Source of the DNA: Moniliella sp. 'wahieum'
Taxonomy: Eukaryota
NCBI GenBank assembly: GCA_003971905.1
Contig: RSEE01000050.1
Span: 248,001 to 312,000 of the forward strand
Reading direction: 5' to 3'
Length of the DNA stretch: 64,000 nt
The position numbers were made by a program, and so were the translations under genes. How positions within the stretch are numbered: position 1 is the first letter of the stretch; each line of letters begins with the position of its first letter. The notes beneath the pieces were generated by a model, which saw nothing but the letters and a program-made list of their open reading frames with translations, did no database searches and was not told the DNA's origin. Below are positions 26,632 through 38,827 of the stretch, in pieces.

Positions 26632-28065
26632 ATGCGCCTCTCGCTTACCATCGCTGCCCTCGGCGCCGCCGTGGCCACAGCCAGTGCCCACCGCCTGCAG
26701 CGTGTCCCTCTCGCCCGCCAGTCCGGCGCAGACCCCCTCGACCCAGCCAGCTACTTGGCCAGCAAGTTCAAAAATGGCGATGCTCCCGGCGCTCGTCCCG
26801 GCGATGCGGCGGGTCAGACCGTCATTCTTCAAGGCCAAGACGTCGCGCAGAACTCCCAGACGGCCTGGTGCACCAACACGGCCTTTATTGGGTCGCCTCA
26901 GGTGGGCGGCAGCCAGACCACTGGCTGGACCGAGCTCCCCCAGCTCCTCGGCTTTGACCTCAAGCGTGACCTGCATGTAGGCGGAAACACCAAGGGCGGC
27001 ATTCTGCCTTACTATGTCGAGACGGGCAAAGACCCAACCAAGATCAAACGGGTCGTTGTTATTCAGCCCGGCAAGCCGCGCGATAGTTGGAAGTACGCCA
27101 GCTTGGTCCGCAACGATCTTCTTTGTGCCGCCAACAATGCTACTTTGGGCGTCGACTTGTCCACCATCCTTATTGCTGCCCCCGCGTGGCAGTCCACCCT
27201 CGAGCAGAAAGCCGGTGCTGTTCAAGATGGCGACCTGTACTTTGGCCCGAGCAGCTGGGCCGAAGGGCAAATCTCCCAGGGCCCAGGGGACGCATCCGTC
27301 TCCTCGTTCCGTGCGTTCGATGAAATGCTCGACTTGTTCTTCAACCGCACCACCTACCCTAACCTGAACAACATTGTCCTTGCTGGCCACTCGCTCGGTT
27401 GCTCGTTTACGCAGCGGTACGCCATGCTGCGCAAGCCCGGCCCCAATGATGCCAACCTGCGCTACTGGTACGGCAACTGCGGTTCCTACACCTGGCCGAC
27501 AACCGATCGCCCCGTTTCGCCTGGTCAGGGCCAGTGCCCAGCCACCGGCTTCGACACCTGGCCTTACGGCCTGGACGGTGTGCCGGCTTACGCCAAGAAC
27601 GGATTCGACCGCAACGCTACGATTCAACGCTACTTTTCGCGCACCATGCACCATGCTCTAGGATCCAAAGACAATGGCCCTGGCGACACCAAGCCGGCTG
27701 CGCAATGTGAGGGCTCTACCCATCTCGAGCGCGGAACGAATCTGGAAAACGCATACAAGCCCTTCAATGCAGCCAACTTTACGCTTGATATTCTGCCTTA
27801 CTCGCACCAAGATTACCCTATGCTCTCTGACCCGCAAAGCCAGTACCGCATCTTTGTGCAAGACATTGACGTGCATGTCGAAGCGCCTGCAGGAAGCAGC
27901 AGTGGGAGCGGCACTTCCGCTAGCAGCTCTTCCTCCCCGTCTGGCTCAGCTTCAAGCTCGGGATCTTCCCCATCCTCTTCCTCCTCCAAGTCGGGCGCGA
28001 TGCGCACCCACATTGCTGCCCCCGCGCTTCTCATGACCCTAGGCGCCTTCGCGCTTCTCTTTTGA
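26632..28065 (+). CDS. Secreted, predicted GPI-anchored alpha/beta hydrolase
   Basis: Intact 477-aa ORF with signal peptide, nucleophile elbow IVLAGHSLG, candidate Asp (LGSKD) and His (YSHQD), Ser/Gly stalk and hydrophobic C-terminal GPI-type signal. Confidence 0.85.
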   Translation: MRLSLTIAALGAAVATASAHRLQRVPLARQSGADPLDPASYLASKFKNGDAPGARPGDAAGQTVILQGQDVAQNSQTAWCTNTAFIGSPQVGGSQTTGWTELPQLLGFDLKRDLHVGGNTKGGILPYYVETGKDPTKIKRVVVIQPGKPRDSWKYASLVRNDLLCAANNATLGVDLSTILIAAPAWQSTLEQKAGAVQDGDLYFGPSSWAEGQISQGPGDASVSSFRAFDEMLDLFFNRTTYPNLNNIVLAGHSLGCSFTQRYAMLRKPGPNDANLRYWYGNCGSYTWPTTDRPVSPGQGQCPATGFDTWPYGLDGVPAYAKNGFDRNATIQRYFSRTMHHALGSKDNGPGDTKPAAQCEGSTHLERGTNLENAYKPFNAANFTLDILPYSHQDYPMLSDPQSQYRIFVQDIDVHVEAPAGSSSGSGTSASSSSSPSGSASSSGSSPSSSSSKSGAMRTHIAAPALLMTLGAFALLF

Positions 28066-28366
28066 TTGCACCTTTTCTCTTGTTAGTCTGTGTGAAACAC
28101 AGGTTGTTTTCTTCCGGGCTGCCCCCGTCTTTATTCGTTTTAGTCTCGTGTCCTGGATCAATGCACACCACCGCTCTTTTGGCTTCCCCCCTTGACTTTC
28201 TCAGCACTTGTCCTGTGCACTGGTACCTATGCGCGTGCTTGTGTTACCCAAATAGAATCCCCACAAGGCATCTTATTCCTAACGATTGGACAGCTTGTAT
28301 ATATCGAAGTACGGATCTAATAATCATCAGGTCGTGCACATCACATAGTGTGGAGACACAACGGGG

Positions 28367-28394
28367 GTGACGCGTGACGCCTGAGGCCTGACGT
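28367..28394. repeat. Heptamer array with drifting palindromic unit
   Basis: GTG ACGCGT G ACGCCT G AGGCCT G ACGT. Confidence 0.75.
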
Positions 28395-29136
28395 GCGATC
28401 CTGACATCAATCGATCTGACTAGTAGGCTAGGTATACAGTAGCCGAGTTACCGAAAACGGTCTTCCCCTGTCATCGTGAGTCCACCCCTGACCACACCCT
28501 CTTTTCGATAGGGAAAATGGCGAGGAACAGATAGAATTGTGTTGGCAATCGAAGTGAACCTTCGGACAGCGAGCAATTGCTGCTCCGATCCATCAGATTC
28601 CGACTCATCCCGGGCTAGTTGGGATCGTTGTCCTCGTCTCTTCATTGCACCCACTCATGTCAGCGGTGGTAATCACACTCTGTGCCTTTCGTCCGAAGAT
28701 CGGCATGGATATGCTTGGCAGCGCGGACAGATACAAAGTCGGCGGATGGTGGAGACACCTTCCGCAGCTGGTAGGCGTTCGTCGCAGGATGACCCAGTCC
28801 GTAGCCACTGCATATCGCGGTAGATGCGTCCGAGGACAGGTAACACGCCCTGCCGCTCCTTTCCCAGCGCGTGAACGCGTGGAGGGCAACGCGCAAGTGT
28901 CCGCACAGGGCCAGTGTAGGGCCCGCGTCGCGTAGCCGCTGAGAGTTGCAAATAAATGTCCGCTTTTAGAGTGGGTCGTCGCCACAGTCGGGTGGGGCGG
29001 CTGAGGTCGGCGGTGCCGCACTGGAGGTCACTCCACCACAGGCGGCGTCTGAGCCAACCAGCCGTGAACGTTGAACGTGCAACGCAGCCTCAGCCGCGCG
29101 CCCATCACCCCCACCGTCGCCCCGTTCTCCCTCGCA

Positions 29137-30220
29137 ATGGCTGTGCTCGCCACGCCGCTGGACAAGCGGCCGTCCATGATCCCAAGCCTCTCTTCGCCCG
29201 TCGGCCTCCTCGGCAGGAACGTCGGGCCGCAGGCCGAGGCCGACGATGCTGCGCTGGCCCAGCGCGATGAGCACCCAGCCACCTGGCGGGGCTCCATCTC
29301 GGCCAACAACTACGTCGACGTGCGCATTTTTGACCGTCTGCAGTCCCATCCGGCCCAGATCCGGAGGCGCCTGCTGCGTACCGCTGCGCCCACCAGTTCG
29401 CCCGCTGCCACCGAGGACGATTTGCAGTACATGCGCCGCACCCGTTCCGACTTTGAGCGCACGGCCAGCCTGCCCGTGCGCCACATGAGCCGGGGCCCCG
29501 CCCCGGCCCCTGGGCCCTTCTTTGAACCGGTCAAGGCCAACTACCACCCTCTGTTGAGGCGGGATCGAATGAACTCCAGCCTCTCGCCAGCTTCAAACCC
29601 CAGCCACGTGGAATGACGCTGCGTCTGATTCGCACCTCGGGGGGGATGCAGCGCTACGCCTCGGTCCCAGCCCACGCTTTGTCGACCTATGCTGCTTCTC
29701 GCTCGGACCTTGAGGTGCCAGTGCTCGACGTCTTGGGTGTCAAGCCCTCAGTGGAACATGAAGGTGCCCTGGGGGACAAGATGTCGACTGTCCTTGCCCG
29801 CTGGGCCGAGGAAGATGAAGAAGCGTAAGTGCCCCCCCCCCCCCCGCCCCTGCTCTGAAGCCCTCCTCCACCGCTACTGACCGCTCATTGTGCCTCTGCA
29901 GCAACTTTGGCTCAGATGATGCCAGCTCCAGCTCATCCGATGAAGATGAGACAGTGAACCCGCATGCCCCCACAACAGCGCCGTACGTGCAGCCAGTGCC
30001 GTCGCACCGTCACCCCAAGTTGGGCAAGCCTGTGGCGCCCATTGGTGCAGGAACCCCTTTTGCTCGCCGCACCTTCCGCTCGGCACAGTCAGCTCCGGTA
30101 GGTGCCTTGGAGTTTGGTCGGGCCGGCGGTCGGGAGGGAGCCAGGGACTTGGACGCGGACGCTCCCTGGCGCAAGGTCGACTTTGGCAAATACTTTGACC
30201 CGGACCATGTGGACTTTTAG
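29137..30220 (+). CDS. Hypothetical low-complexity protein
   Basis: Consecutive + ORFs. Clear intron 29825-29900 (GTAAGT..CTGAC..CAG). Ends APWRKVDFGKYFDPDHVDF*. Confidence 0.55.
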
Positions 30221-30567
30221 TAGCCCAGTCTTTCGCCGTGAGTACTCAAACTGAGTACTGAGTGTCCCCTGCCCGGACTCTCTTGGCCTGGCGACTGTGG
30301 TTCGCCCGGGTCTCGTATGGAATCGCGCTGTGCCCCTTGTCCTTGCTCTGGCGCACAGGTGTGCCGTACGTTTTCCTTCATACTCTCTCCTCCCGCTAAT
30401 GTCCACATGTGACTCCGACATATCCCTTCCTGCCCCTCATTGTAGTGCTCTTTATGCATTGTATGTTTCCTCCAAGAGCCCAAACTGGCCAACACTTGGT
30501 AAAAGTGAATGACGGAGCTTCGTATGCATTCATTTCGCACACTGCTTCGAGCGGAGACAGACTGATA

Positions 30568-33500
30568 TCAGACTAGCGCCTCAATCGAAGGCAAACTAGC
30601 GTTGCTCTTCAAGTGAAGCATCAAGCTCCGCAAGTACGGAAGCGAATAATGCTTGCCCCCGATCGTTTCGCTGTCACCCACAATACATAGTTGACGCTTG
30701 GCCCGCGTCAAGGCGACATTGAGCCGGCGAAGGTCTTTGAGGAAGCCCACTTCATGGGCCCGGTTGCTCCGCACCAGAGAAACAATGACCAACTCATTCT
30801 CCTGGCCTTGCATCGAGTCAATGGAGCCAATCGCAATCTCGGGGTAAAATCGAGCGAATCGAGCCGTCGATCCTCCTGCACGCATCACCTCCATCTCCAG
30901 CAACGCGCGCACCTGAGCCGTGTACGGAGTCAAAATCGAGATCTGCTCCGGCCGGACCCCATGAGCCAAGAGTTTGAGCACATGAGCCACGACCAAACGC
31001 GCTTCGCCTTGGTTGCTCTTAGACTTTCCCCAGACCCCACTGGTCGGCTTCGATTCCCAGAGGTCGTATCCTGCCGTGTCGTAGAACACGAGCGGGGCAT
31101 CCCACTCGGCATCCTCCTCTGCATCCTCTTCTTCCTCTTCCGAAGATGAGGCATAGGCCTTCTCCTCGCGCATCGCCTCCTTGGCAGCCTTCTTCCCAGC
31201 ATTCTTGAGCGACCTTTGTTCCTCTTGCTTCTTAGCCTTCTTCTCGGCCCGCAAAGCGGCTTTTTCTCCTTTTGACTCTTGGTCGATGGTTTTTTGCCAT
31301 TTCCCCCAGACTTGGCAGGGCGAGGGGGAGGTCCCTTGCCTTTGCCTTTGCCCTTGTCTTTGTTGAAGTAGGCTGTATGCTTGACACCCGATGGCATCTC
31401 TGTCCCTTTTGTAGGAGGTAGAAGAGGCAAGCCATGCTTGGACGTGAGCTGCGACGTATTGGGCAAATCGTTCAATCTAATGGATGCGTTGGTCGCATAG
31501 GCCCGCAGTCCTTCTTCGTACATGGACGTGTTGGGGAACGCCATGATCTGCTCATTGAATCGGTACTGAACACTGAGGAACGTCTTGATTCCCGGCCAGC
31601 CGCGTAGGCCAAAAGCAGACGCTCAAACATGGTTTCCTGCAGCATCTGAGGAGGAACAAGAACCGGAGCGCCCGCCTTCTCCAACTCCTCAGCATCGGGC
31701 GCGGGGGAGGTGTCATCCCATCCTCCGAAATAATCACTGGACCCAACTGCTTTGGGTCGCCTGCGATCACCACCTTCACGGGTGGGCCTTGCGGATCAGG
31801 ACAGGCCCGTGTCAGCGGCACCCAGCACAGTGGTTCAACCGCCTGACACGCCTCGTCAATAATGATAAAGTCAAACGTCCCGTGAAGATCCCAAACTCCA
31901 CTTGCATGCAAGGTGCTCAGCACCACTTCAGCTGCTTGGTCCCAATTCTTCGAATCAGCAGTGCCGGTTACAGGTTGTTCGAGCAGGTGCTCCGGTGCAG
32001 CTGAGGTGGCACCCCCATCGGCAGGTGAAGGCGATGCGGTACCAGAACCGGTGTCTCCACCAGCCGGCGAAGTAGGCCCGGCTGGAGGAACTGCAGAACT
32101 GGCAGGAGCAGACGCAGAGCTGGTACGAACAGGTGCAGAGCTCACCAGAGCAGACCCATGAAAGTGATGCATGTGCCGTGCCACCCGCTCGGTCATCCTC
32201 ACGGGGTTACCAATTCGGGCCACCTTGATTTGGTGCTCACGGAAAAATCGGAACCAAGGTTTATCATGGGCAACCAGCCGCTCTGCAACCGTATCGATGG
32301 CCAAGTTGGAAGGGGCCGTGACCAAAATTCGGGGGCGACGGCCATAGTTGACAACTTGTCCGTCCACCATCACGGGTTCGGTGCCAATCCTTGTTCCTAG
32401 CACCAACTGAACGATCAGCTCCACCAGCGTTGTCGTCTTGCCTGTTCCAGGCGGGCCATGAAGAAGATGAAGGGGAAGCACGTTCTTCCCCATCTCTAGC
32501 TCGTTGAGTTGGGGAGGACGGAACAGATTCAGACTAGGACTGGGATCCTCCTGTTTTGCACGTCCAAACGAGACATTTGGTCGGTAAGATCATCAAGCTC
32601 ATGTTTCCTCCGAACCAGTTCCGCGGTAACGACAGACGAGTCTGACGCTTGTGACGATGTGTCGTCATCCGACTCATCATTCTTTTCCTGAACCAAAGGC
32701 GGTGGGGGAGAACCGTCTTTAGTGGGCTGGACATAGTGTAGCGAAGGGTGGAGGAAGGAACGGCGAATCGCCTTGAGCTGCTCCTCGTTCAACCCTGGTT
32801 AAACGGCTTGAAGGGCAAAGGGGGGAGATTCTCCTCGTTCGCTTGAGGAGCAGAGGCAAATTCGTCCGAACAGAGAATAGCGCGCATGTGCGTCGAAATG
32901 GCCTGGTATGTCCCAGGTTGTAAGGCGCGCGACGGCCCAACTGTTTGGGGAGTGACCTTCTTGCGGTCCTCAGAGGTCTTATGGTGGCTCGCAGGGAGAC
33001 GAACGTTCAATGGGGTGGCCACTGCCTCAATGGCTTGTCGCATGATTTGGAAAACCTCAAAGTCCGCTCGGGCCACGAGACGCAGTGACGTCGGTAACGA
33101 GGCGGCAAACTTGGCTACCCTATCAGGGGTGGCCTCCTGGCCGTGTGGCAGACGCACAATCACCTCCACAGCCCAAGGAGAGGTGCGACTCACCACGCCC
33201 CACGCTTGGAATGGGGTTTGCGGCTTTATTAGCAGCACGCACTTTGGTGCCATCGTCGTTGGTAGGGGTGACCAATAATCGCCCCATGGAGCGGTTTCGT
33301 CCTGCAAGGCGCAAACGCTACCCTTCTTGAATGCATGGATGGGGAGGTAGCGCGGTCGGATTGATGGCAAGAGCTCCAATGTGAGACTGACGCCTTGCCA
33401 TGTGTGCCGAACCTTCCGGGCATAGAGGTGCAAAATGCCAAGACCCTGTGCCTCGAGCTCCTCGGGCGGATGGGGCTCAACCAGTAGACTGTCCCGGGCC

Positions 33501-33724
33501 TGCGTGGCGGCGAACTCGCGCTGGATCAAGTGCGCCTGTTGCCAGAGAAAACGAGAGGTGGCATCACGCTCTCGCGCTTCAGGTACGCTACTAACCCCAG
33601 GAGAGGATTGGGCCTCGCTTGCGTCCATGGTTGGCGAAAAGTGGTGGTGGTGGTAGAGCGGTGGGTCCTGAGTGGAGGTGGAGGTGCTGAATTGGCGACA
33701 TGCTTGGCATAAACCCGGTGGCAT
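30568..33724 (-). CDS. SF1 Upf1-like DNA/RNA helicase (IGHMBP2/Hcs1-like)
   Basis: LNEEQLKAI, HGPPGTGKTTTLVE, LVTAPSNLAID, IIDEACQAVE, AGDPKQLGP, QYRFNEQI, ILTPYTAQV, SIDSMQGQENE, VSLVRSN..VGFLKDLRRLNVALTRAKR. Alternative start at 33628. Confidence 0.92.
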
Positions 33725-34613
33725 CACCGGTGACGGCTGACAGTGTCAAGCAAGAGCTAAAAATTTGACGTACTGACTAACCAACCACACATCGAAGGAA
33801 TCCAAAAGCTCAACTACCTATAATCACTACTGCACTCACAACACACACTATACACTCGTGAAAGAGACGCATAGTAAGACGGGGAAGAGAGAGCCAATGT
33901 GTGGAATCGACGCTCTATCTCTCAGAGCCAAAACGTATGGACGCGACTCTCACACGCAAACCCTGTGATGCGTCACGTTCGTTCCATTGCTACTGCTTTT
34001 CACGGCTTTAGCAGAGGGTCATCATAGCATCTTAGTCTGGTGCCCTTACAGTCTCTCGCGTTTCTCGCATCTCTTCTATCATGTAGTGTTTGATATAGCC
34101 ATCTGAGAGTTGACAAAAGCACTTTGTGTGCGATTAAGAAGGGATCCAACTTTCCCAAAGTCAACTGCAAATAGAAAGGGAAAGGGAGAGGGAAATGTAG
34201 TAGTAAGATGCGATAGGCTCAAAGTAGATGGCATATGAGGAAGAAAGCAGGGACTATGATTGTTTGTGTGTGTGCTGAAGGCTATAATAGTCCCTAGTAG
34301 CTGTCCTAAAGTTACTGATAAGGACTCTGTCTGTGAGACTACCATTTCTCTTCTCCGTCGCGCACATGTTTTGACCTCTCACGGTATTGACATGCACGAT
34401 ATTGAAGTGGCTATGGGGATGTGGTACTATGAATGTCGCTGGAATGTAAAAGGCCTTCTCAGATCCCACGTCTCATCGCTATGCGCGTGATCTCACAAGC
34501 AGTAGGGGCACTGGAAGAGTTCAGCATGAAAAGTAACACCAAACACGTACCCTCGTCCCGGGTTCACTTTCTCACCTCTTTCCCACGATGGGGATGAAAG
34601 AAAACACCAAAGC

Positions 34614-35567
34614 TTAAGCCAACAGAGTTGTCTTGACTGCCTCTTGGAGAGTCACTTGAGGTTTAAACCCAAGTAGGGCATTGTCCAACTTGTCGGAGGG
34701 AATACACAAGCGCCCATCAGCAATCGATGCACGCAAGAAGTCAGAAAAGCCCTCATCGTCCTCGGTCGCTTGATTCGCATGGGCCTCGTCATAAGCACGG
34801 TAGGTGACGGCCCATTTGGTGCCAGTAACCTTTTCAGCCTCGCTGACCCAGTCGTTCAAAGTAGCCTCAAACCCGGTGATAGCGTATATTCTGCCTTTAC
34901 CCGGGGGTGGCAGAGGTGCCTGCACCGCCAATACGGTAGCGACCAATGTTTTTAGGCTGGTAGCACCAAAGAGTTGCTTCCCATCCCCTACAATAGTGGC
35001 AGTCTGCTTGGATACGTTGAACCCAATCTCAGCGTCCAGGACAAAGTCGGAAAAGAGTCCCGTGGCAAGGGAGATCCAGCGCAAACCCATCTGTGTGTAT
35101 GTACATTGAGTCAGTATAGGTGCCCACAATTCGGTGCCTACTGGGGGGATGTCGCACCTCGTTCAGAGTAGCATGGAAATGCTTTCGGCCCAGGATCCAA
35201 GGGTGCAGTTCCTTGTCGGGCACCGTACGGAAATCAACGCCAAACTCGGCCGAAACAAAGAGGTCAACGTTGGCCTCCTTGGCGGCAGTGGCAATAGGAA
35301 GCTGGCTGGGGCCATTCCGCCGCCTGTGGTTGCCACCAAGGCTTGGATCTTGTGTTCCTTGAGGGACTTGGCCATTGCCTCGGTATCGTCGTAGGATACG
35401 GTGACCACAGTCTTCTCAAGGAACGGTTGCAGCGAAGCATTCTTCGTAGGGTCCCGTGAGAAAATAACAGGTTTCTCTAGCCCTGGTGTGGCCAGCAGCG
35501 CTTCCAAAGTGGGCACCCCCACGTTTCCAATACCGACAAGGGCAATGCGAGTGATGCCGTTGGACAT
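34614..35567 (-). CDS. NmrA-like / isoflavone-reductase-like NAD(P)-binding protein
   Basis: IALVGIGNVG Rossmann start, LFRPSL/EFG region, TGLFSDF, ATIVGDG. Short intron near 35090-35131. Confidence 0.85.
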
Positions 35568-36667
35568 GGCGCGAGCAGATAGGGAGAGGGCGGATGGGCG
35601 ACAAAGGGAAGGGTGTGTGGGTCAAATAGAAGGACGAAGGGCACGCATTCCATTGTCTTTTTATACCACAATCTTCAACACAGTTTATTGGGGCTTGGCC
35701 TCTCTGCCGCATCTCGGTTCTTTCGCGCCTCATGAACCCTCAGAGGCTGAGCACGCCGAGGGCGCTGAATGGTGAACTTCAACAGACATATGACCATAGA
35801 TCACGGTCCGTCATCCGACACACGGGGACATACCGCGCATCTCTTCACATGAGAAAAAGCTTAGGTCCGGTTCTCCTTACCCCCGAGAGAGACCAAAACG
35901 TTGCACGAAGGGGGTGGGATGCGTCGGGAAGTGCCCCCCCACACGCTGCTGTGGTGTGGTATAAGCTTAATTGCGGTCTGCAATCTTTTTTTTCGCGTTG
36001 CTTATTACCACGTACATGCTCTCACTCAATAATGTAGCCGTTGTTGTATTCCCGGTGAGAGAGAAGCTTATTGTTGTGGTGTTTGCAAAGCAGAGAGTCC
36101 CAAACTGTCATAGTTTGGTTGATCACGTTGATATCGTTCGCTGCCATTTCCAATTCTTTTTCGTCCCGAGCGTCTCGCTGCCTTGTTTTTACGCTTCGCG
36201 CCATGTCCTCTGCTCTTGCTTCTCTCTCACGAACGATTGCTGCATCCCTTGGCTTTTAGTCTCGGCTCTGGTCTCTCGCCTTAGCGTCTTAGCCCCGACT
36301 GTGACACAAACCACATAAACGATGTATACCAACACAGATGGCGTATATCCTTTGATCGCGAAATGCAGTATCCGCCTCTATTATACCGAGTCTCGCCGGT
36401 CACTAAAAAGTGAGGCTTTTTCCCCGGTTTGAGGCCAAACTCCGACGCGGAGGGGCTCTCGTCTTGCGTGAATCATTTCTTCATGTCACACCATATGACC
36501 TGACGCGGCTGACGTTGTGTACCATGTTTTCCATCGGATGTAGCCAAGGTACATGCAATGTGTAGAGGTGATGTGGCCCTCTGTCGATCGTACAACCTAA
36601 TTAACGCCACCTGTCTGACACCTTGCAACCGGTATCTCCGGCTCCCCCGTGTTTGAGCTTGTTCCCG

Positions 36668-37159
36668 TCATGCATCATGCATCATGTGCCGAATAACTGA
36701 ACGTACCGAACGAGTCCTAGTTAAGCAACCAAAGGTATTGATTGGGTCATCCGGCCATATAGCATCCACATGTACTGTTCCCTCCTCTCACATATAACTC
36801 GCCCCTCAGGCTCAGGTGCGAGCAACGGGCCCTGCGCGACACATGTCCCAAAGCATGCTTCCGCATAATGCCAGTGACTAGTGACTAGTGACTAGGGACG
36901 CGTGACGAGTGCTAGTGATCTAGTGACCGACCCGACTATTTTCTCTCGCCGCTATCATCGATATATCACCGGCAGCGTCAAGTCAGATCACACGTCACAT
37001 GTCACATGTCACAGATCTCATATTTTAAGTGTAGATCAAGTTTCAAGCTAAAGTCCGGGGGCTGTCACTACAAACGCTTCTCCACACTGTCTTCTGTTTT
37101 GGCAACTGAATATTTCCCCAGATATCACTGGCTGTGGGATAATCGATAATCGATAATCG
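36668..37159. repeat. Cluster of four different heptamer arrays
   Basis: (ATGCAT+C) 36668-36686; (ACTAGT+G) 36873-36895; (ACATGT+C) 36994-37013; (ATCGAT+A) 37138-37159. Confidence 0.9.
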
Positions 37160-37890
37160 CTTGTCTCGCAATGACGTTCCCCCCCCCGATGCACTCTCAA
37201 GTTCACCACCATACATTCTGCCCTCCTACTTAGCCACAGCCTGTGGGGGTACCCAACTCTCTTTCTCTCCTTTCTGTTCTGATATCATAACCCGCCTATG
37301 GTGTATACTCACATCACACAGAGGGCATGACTTTCTGGCTCCTCTGGCAGCACTCCTCTGCGTCCGCGAATGGATGCAGATGCGATGAAGATGTGAGCGA
37401 TGTTCTCAATGGGCAGCATCTCCAACGCTCGTTCATGGGTGGCCAACTATCTTCTTGGCGCTTTCAGTGTATAATAGTAGGCTCAGAGAGCGATTATGGC
37501 TATAGGGAGCAACTCCAACGGATGCTGGTGCGTTCTTCGTCTTTTCTGGAGCTTTCATCTAACAGTTCGGTTGCCCCAACAGGCGACTTGCAGCTCCTTC
37601 ATTTGTGCCTTATCAGTTTGATTGATTGTAGCTGGGCATTTCTTAGGGACCAGTAGTGTTATACTGGTGCATTGACACGCCATGAGCACATGTGGAACGA
37701 GACGGCACCGAGTCTTCGGGTTTTGTACCGTGTAGGAACCATGATGGCAGAATGGCCATTGAACACCATGATCCCATGCACTTTGGCCTCAAGGGGGCGT
37801 CCCATCCAAACTACGTTATTACCCAACTCCAGCCTCCTTGGGGACACAGATTCACGGCATCTTTCGTATCTCATTGGCAGACAACCCCAC

Positions 37891-38827
37891 TTAGTCCTTC
37901 TTGAGTTCCCTACGAATGACCAATGTCGCACCAGGAAGCTGCTCATCTTCTCCCCCTTGCGCCTCAACGGCATTGAACGGCGCGGCGAGGAGGTTAAGCG
38001 CGTTCGCCGGCGGCGGCACCGCCACCGATCCATCTTGCCCCGTCATCGTCGCATCCTCCTCCTTTGCCTCGGTCTCCGCCTTGGGGTTGCGTACAACAAA
38101 GATCTCCAGACCATCACCACAACTTCAATGTGTCGCTCGGTGGCCGAGGTGAACGAGTCGGTGGCGATGCTGATCGCATGCTGGAGCGAAATGTGGCCTG
38201 GGATGGGCAACGGCCGCCCCGGAGTGGCGGTTTGGTTCTTGTACATCACCTGGGAGTCGAGGAAAGGCTGCAGCAAGCTTTGTGCCGCTCCGGCCGCTCG
38301 GCACACCTCGCGCTCGTACGAACCGACCGGATCAAACGAGTAGACAGCACCCTTCCCCTCCTCGTCCAGACCGCCAAGCACATTCCACACATAGTACGGG
38401 AAGAATCGCTTGCCATACAGAATCGTGCAGAGCATGCGTGCAATCCCCGCAAGGGGCATCGATGTACCATGTGCATAGCGGTACAGCTCCAAGCGGGCCC
38501 GAACCAGTTGCACCAGCGCCTCGGCGTCGGCGGCAAACCCATTGGTCGCCAGCGTCGCACGGTCGTTCCTACATCGTAAGAGTTAGCATGGCAGAACAGC
38601 CCAACAGAAGAAAGGCAGGTACGCACAGACGAAATACGCGCGGCTTGTAGCGGGTCTGGATGTTAGCCTTCAGACTGACGAGTGTCACCAGCCAGGACGC
38701 AGAAGTCTTGTCCTGCCACAGCGAGGATGGAGCCTCCGTTGGACGTGTAGGGGTTGAAGCCACGCTGGTTGGCTCCCGCGGCAGACAGGCCGCCGGGGGC
38801 CGAGGCAGGAGCGAGTACGGTCTGCAT
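37891..38827 (-). CDS. PRE7: 20S proteasome subunit beta6 (PSMB1 orthologue)
   Basis: [89 protein letters not shown]. Intron ~38573-38625. Confidence 0.96.

Noticed and set aside
26293..27654. 453-aa minus-strand ORF and many other long GC-rich ORFs (e.g. 39074-40108, 59433-60254)
   Set aside because: Antisense or out-of-frame shadows of real genes, or low-complexity GC-rich leaders.
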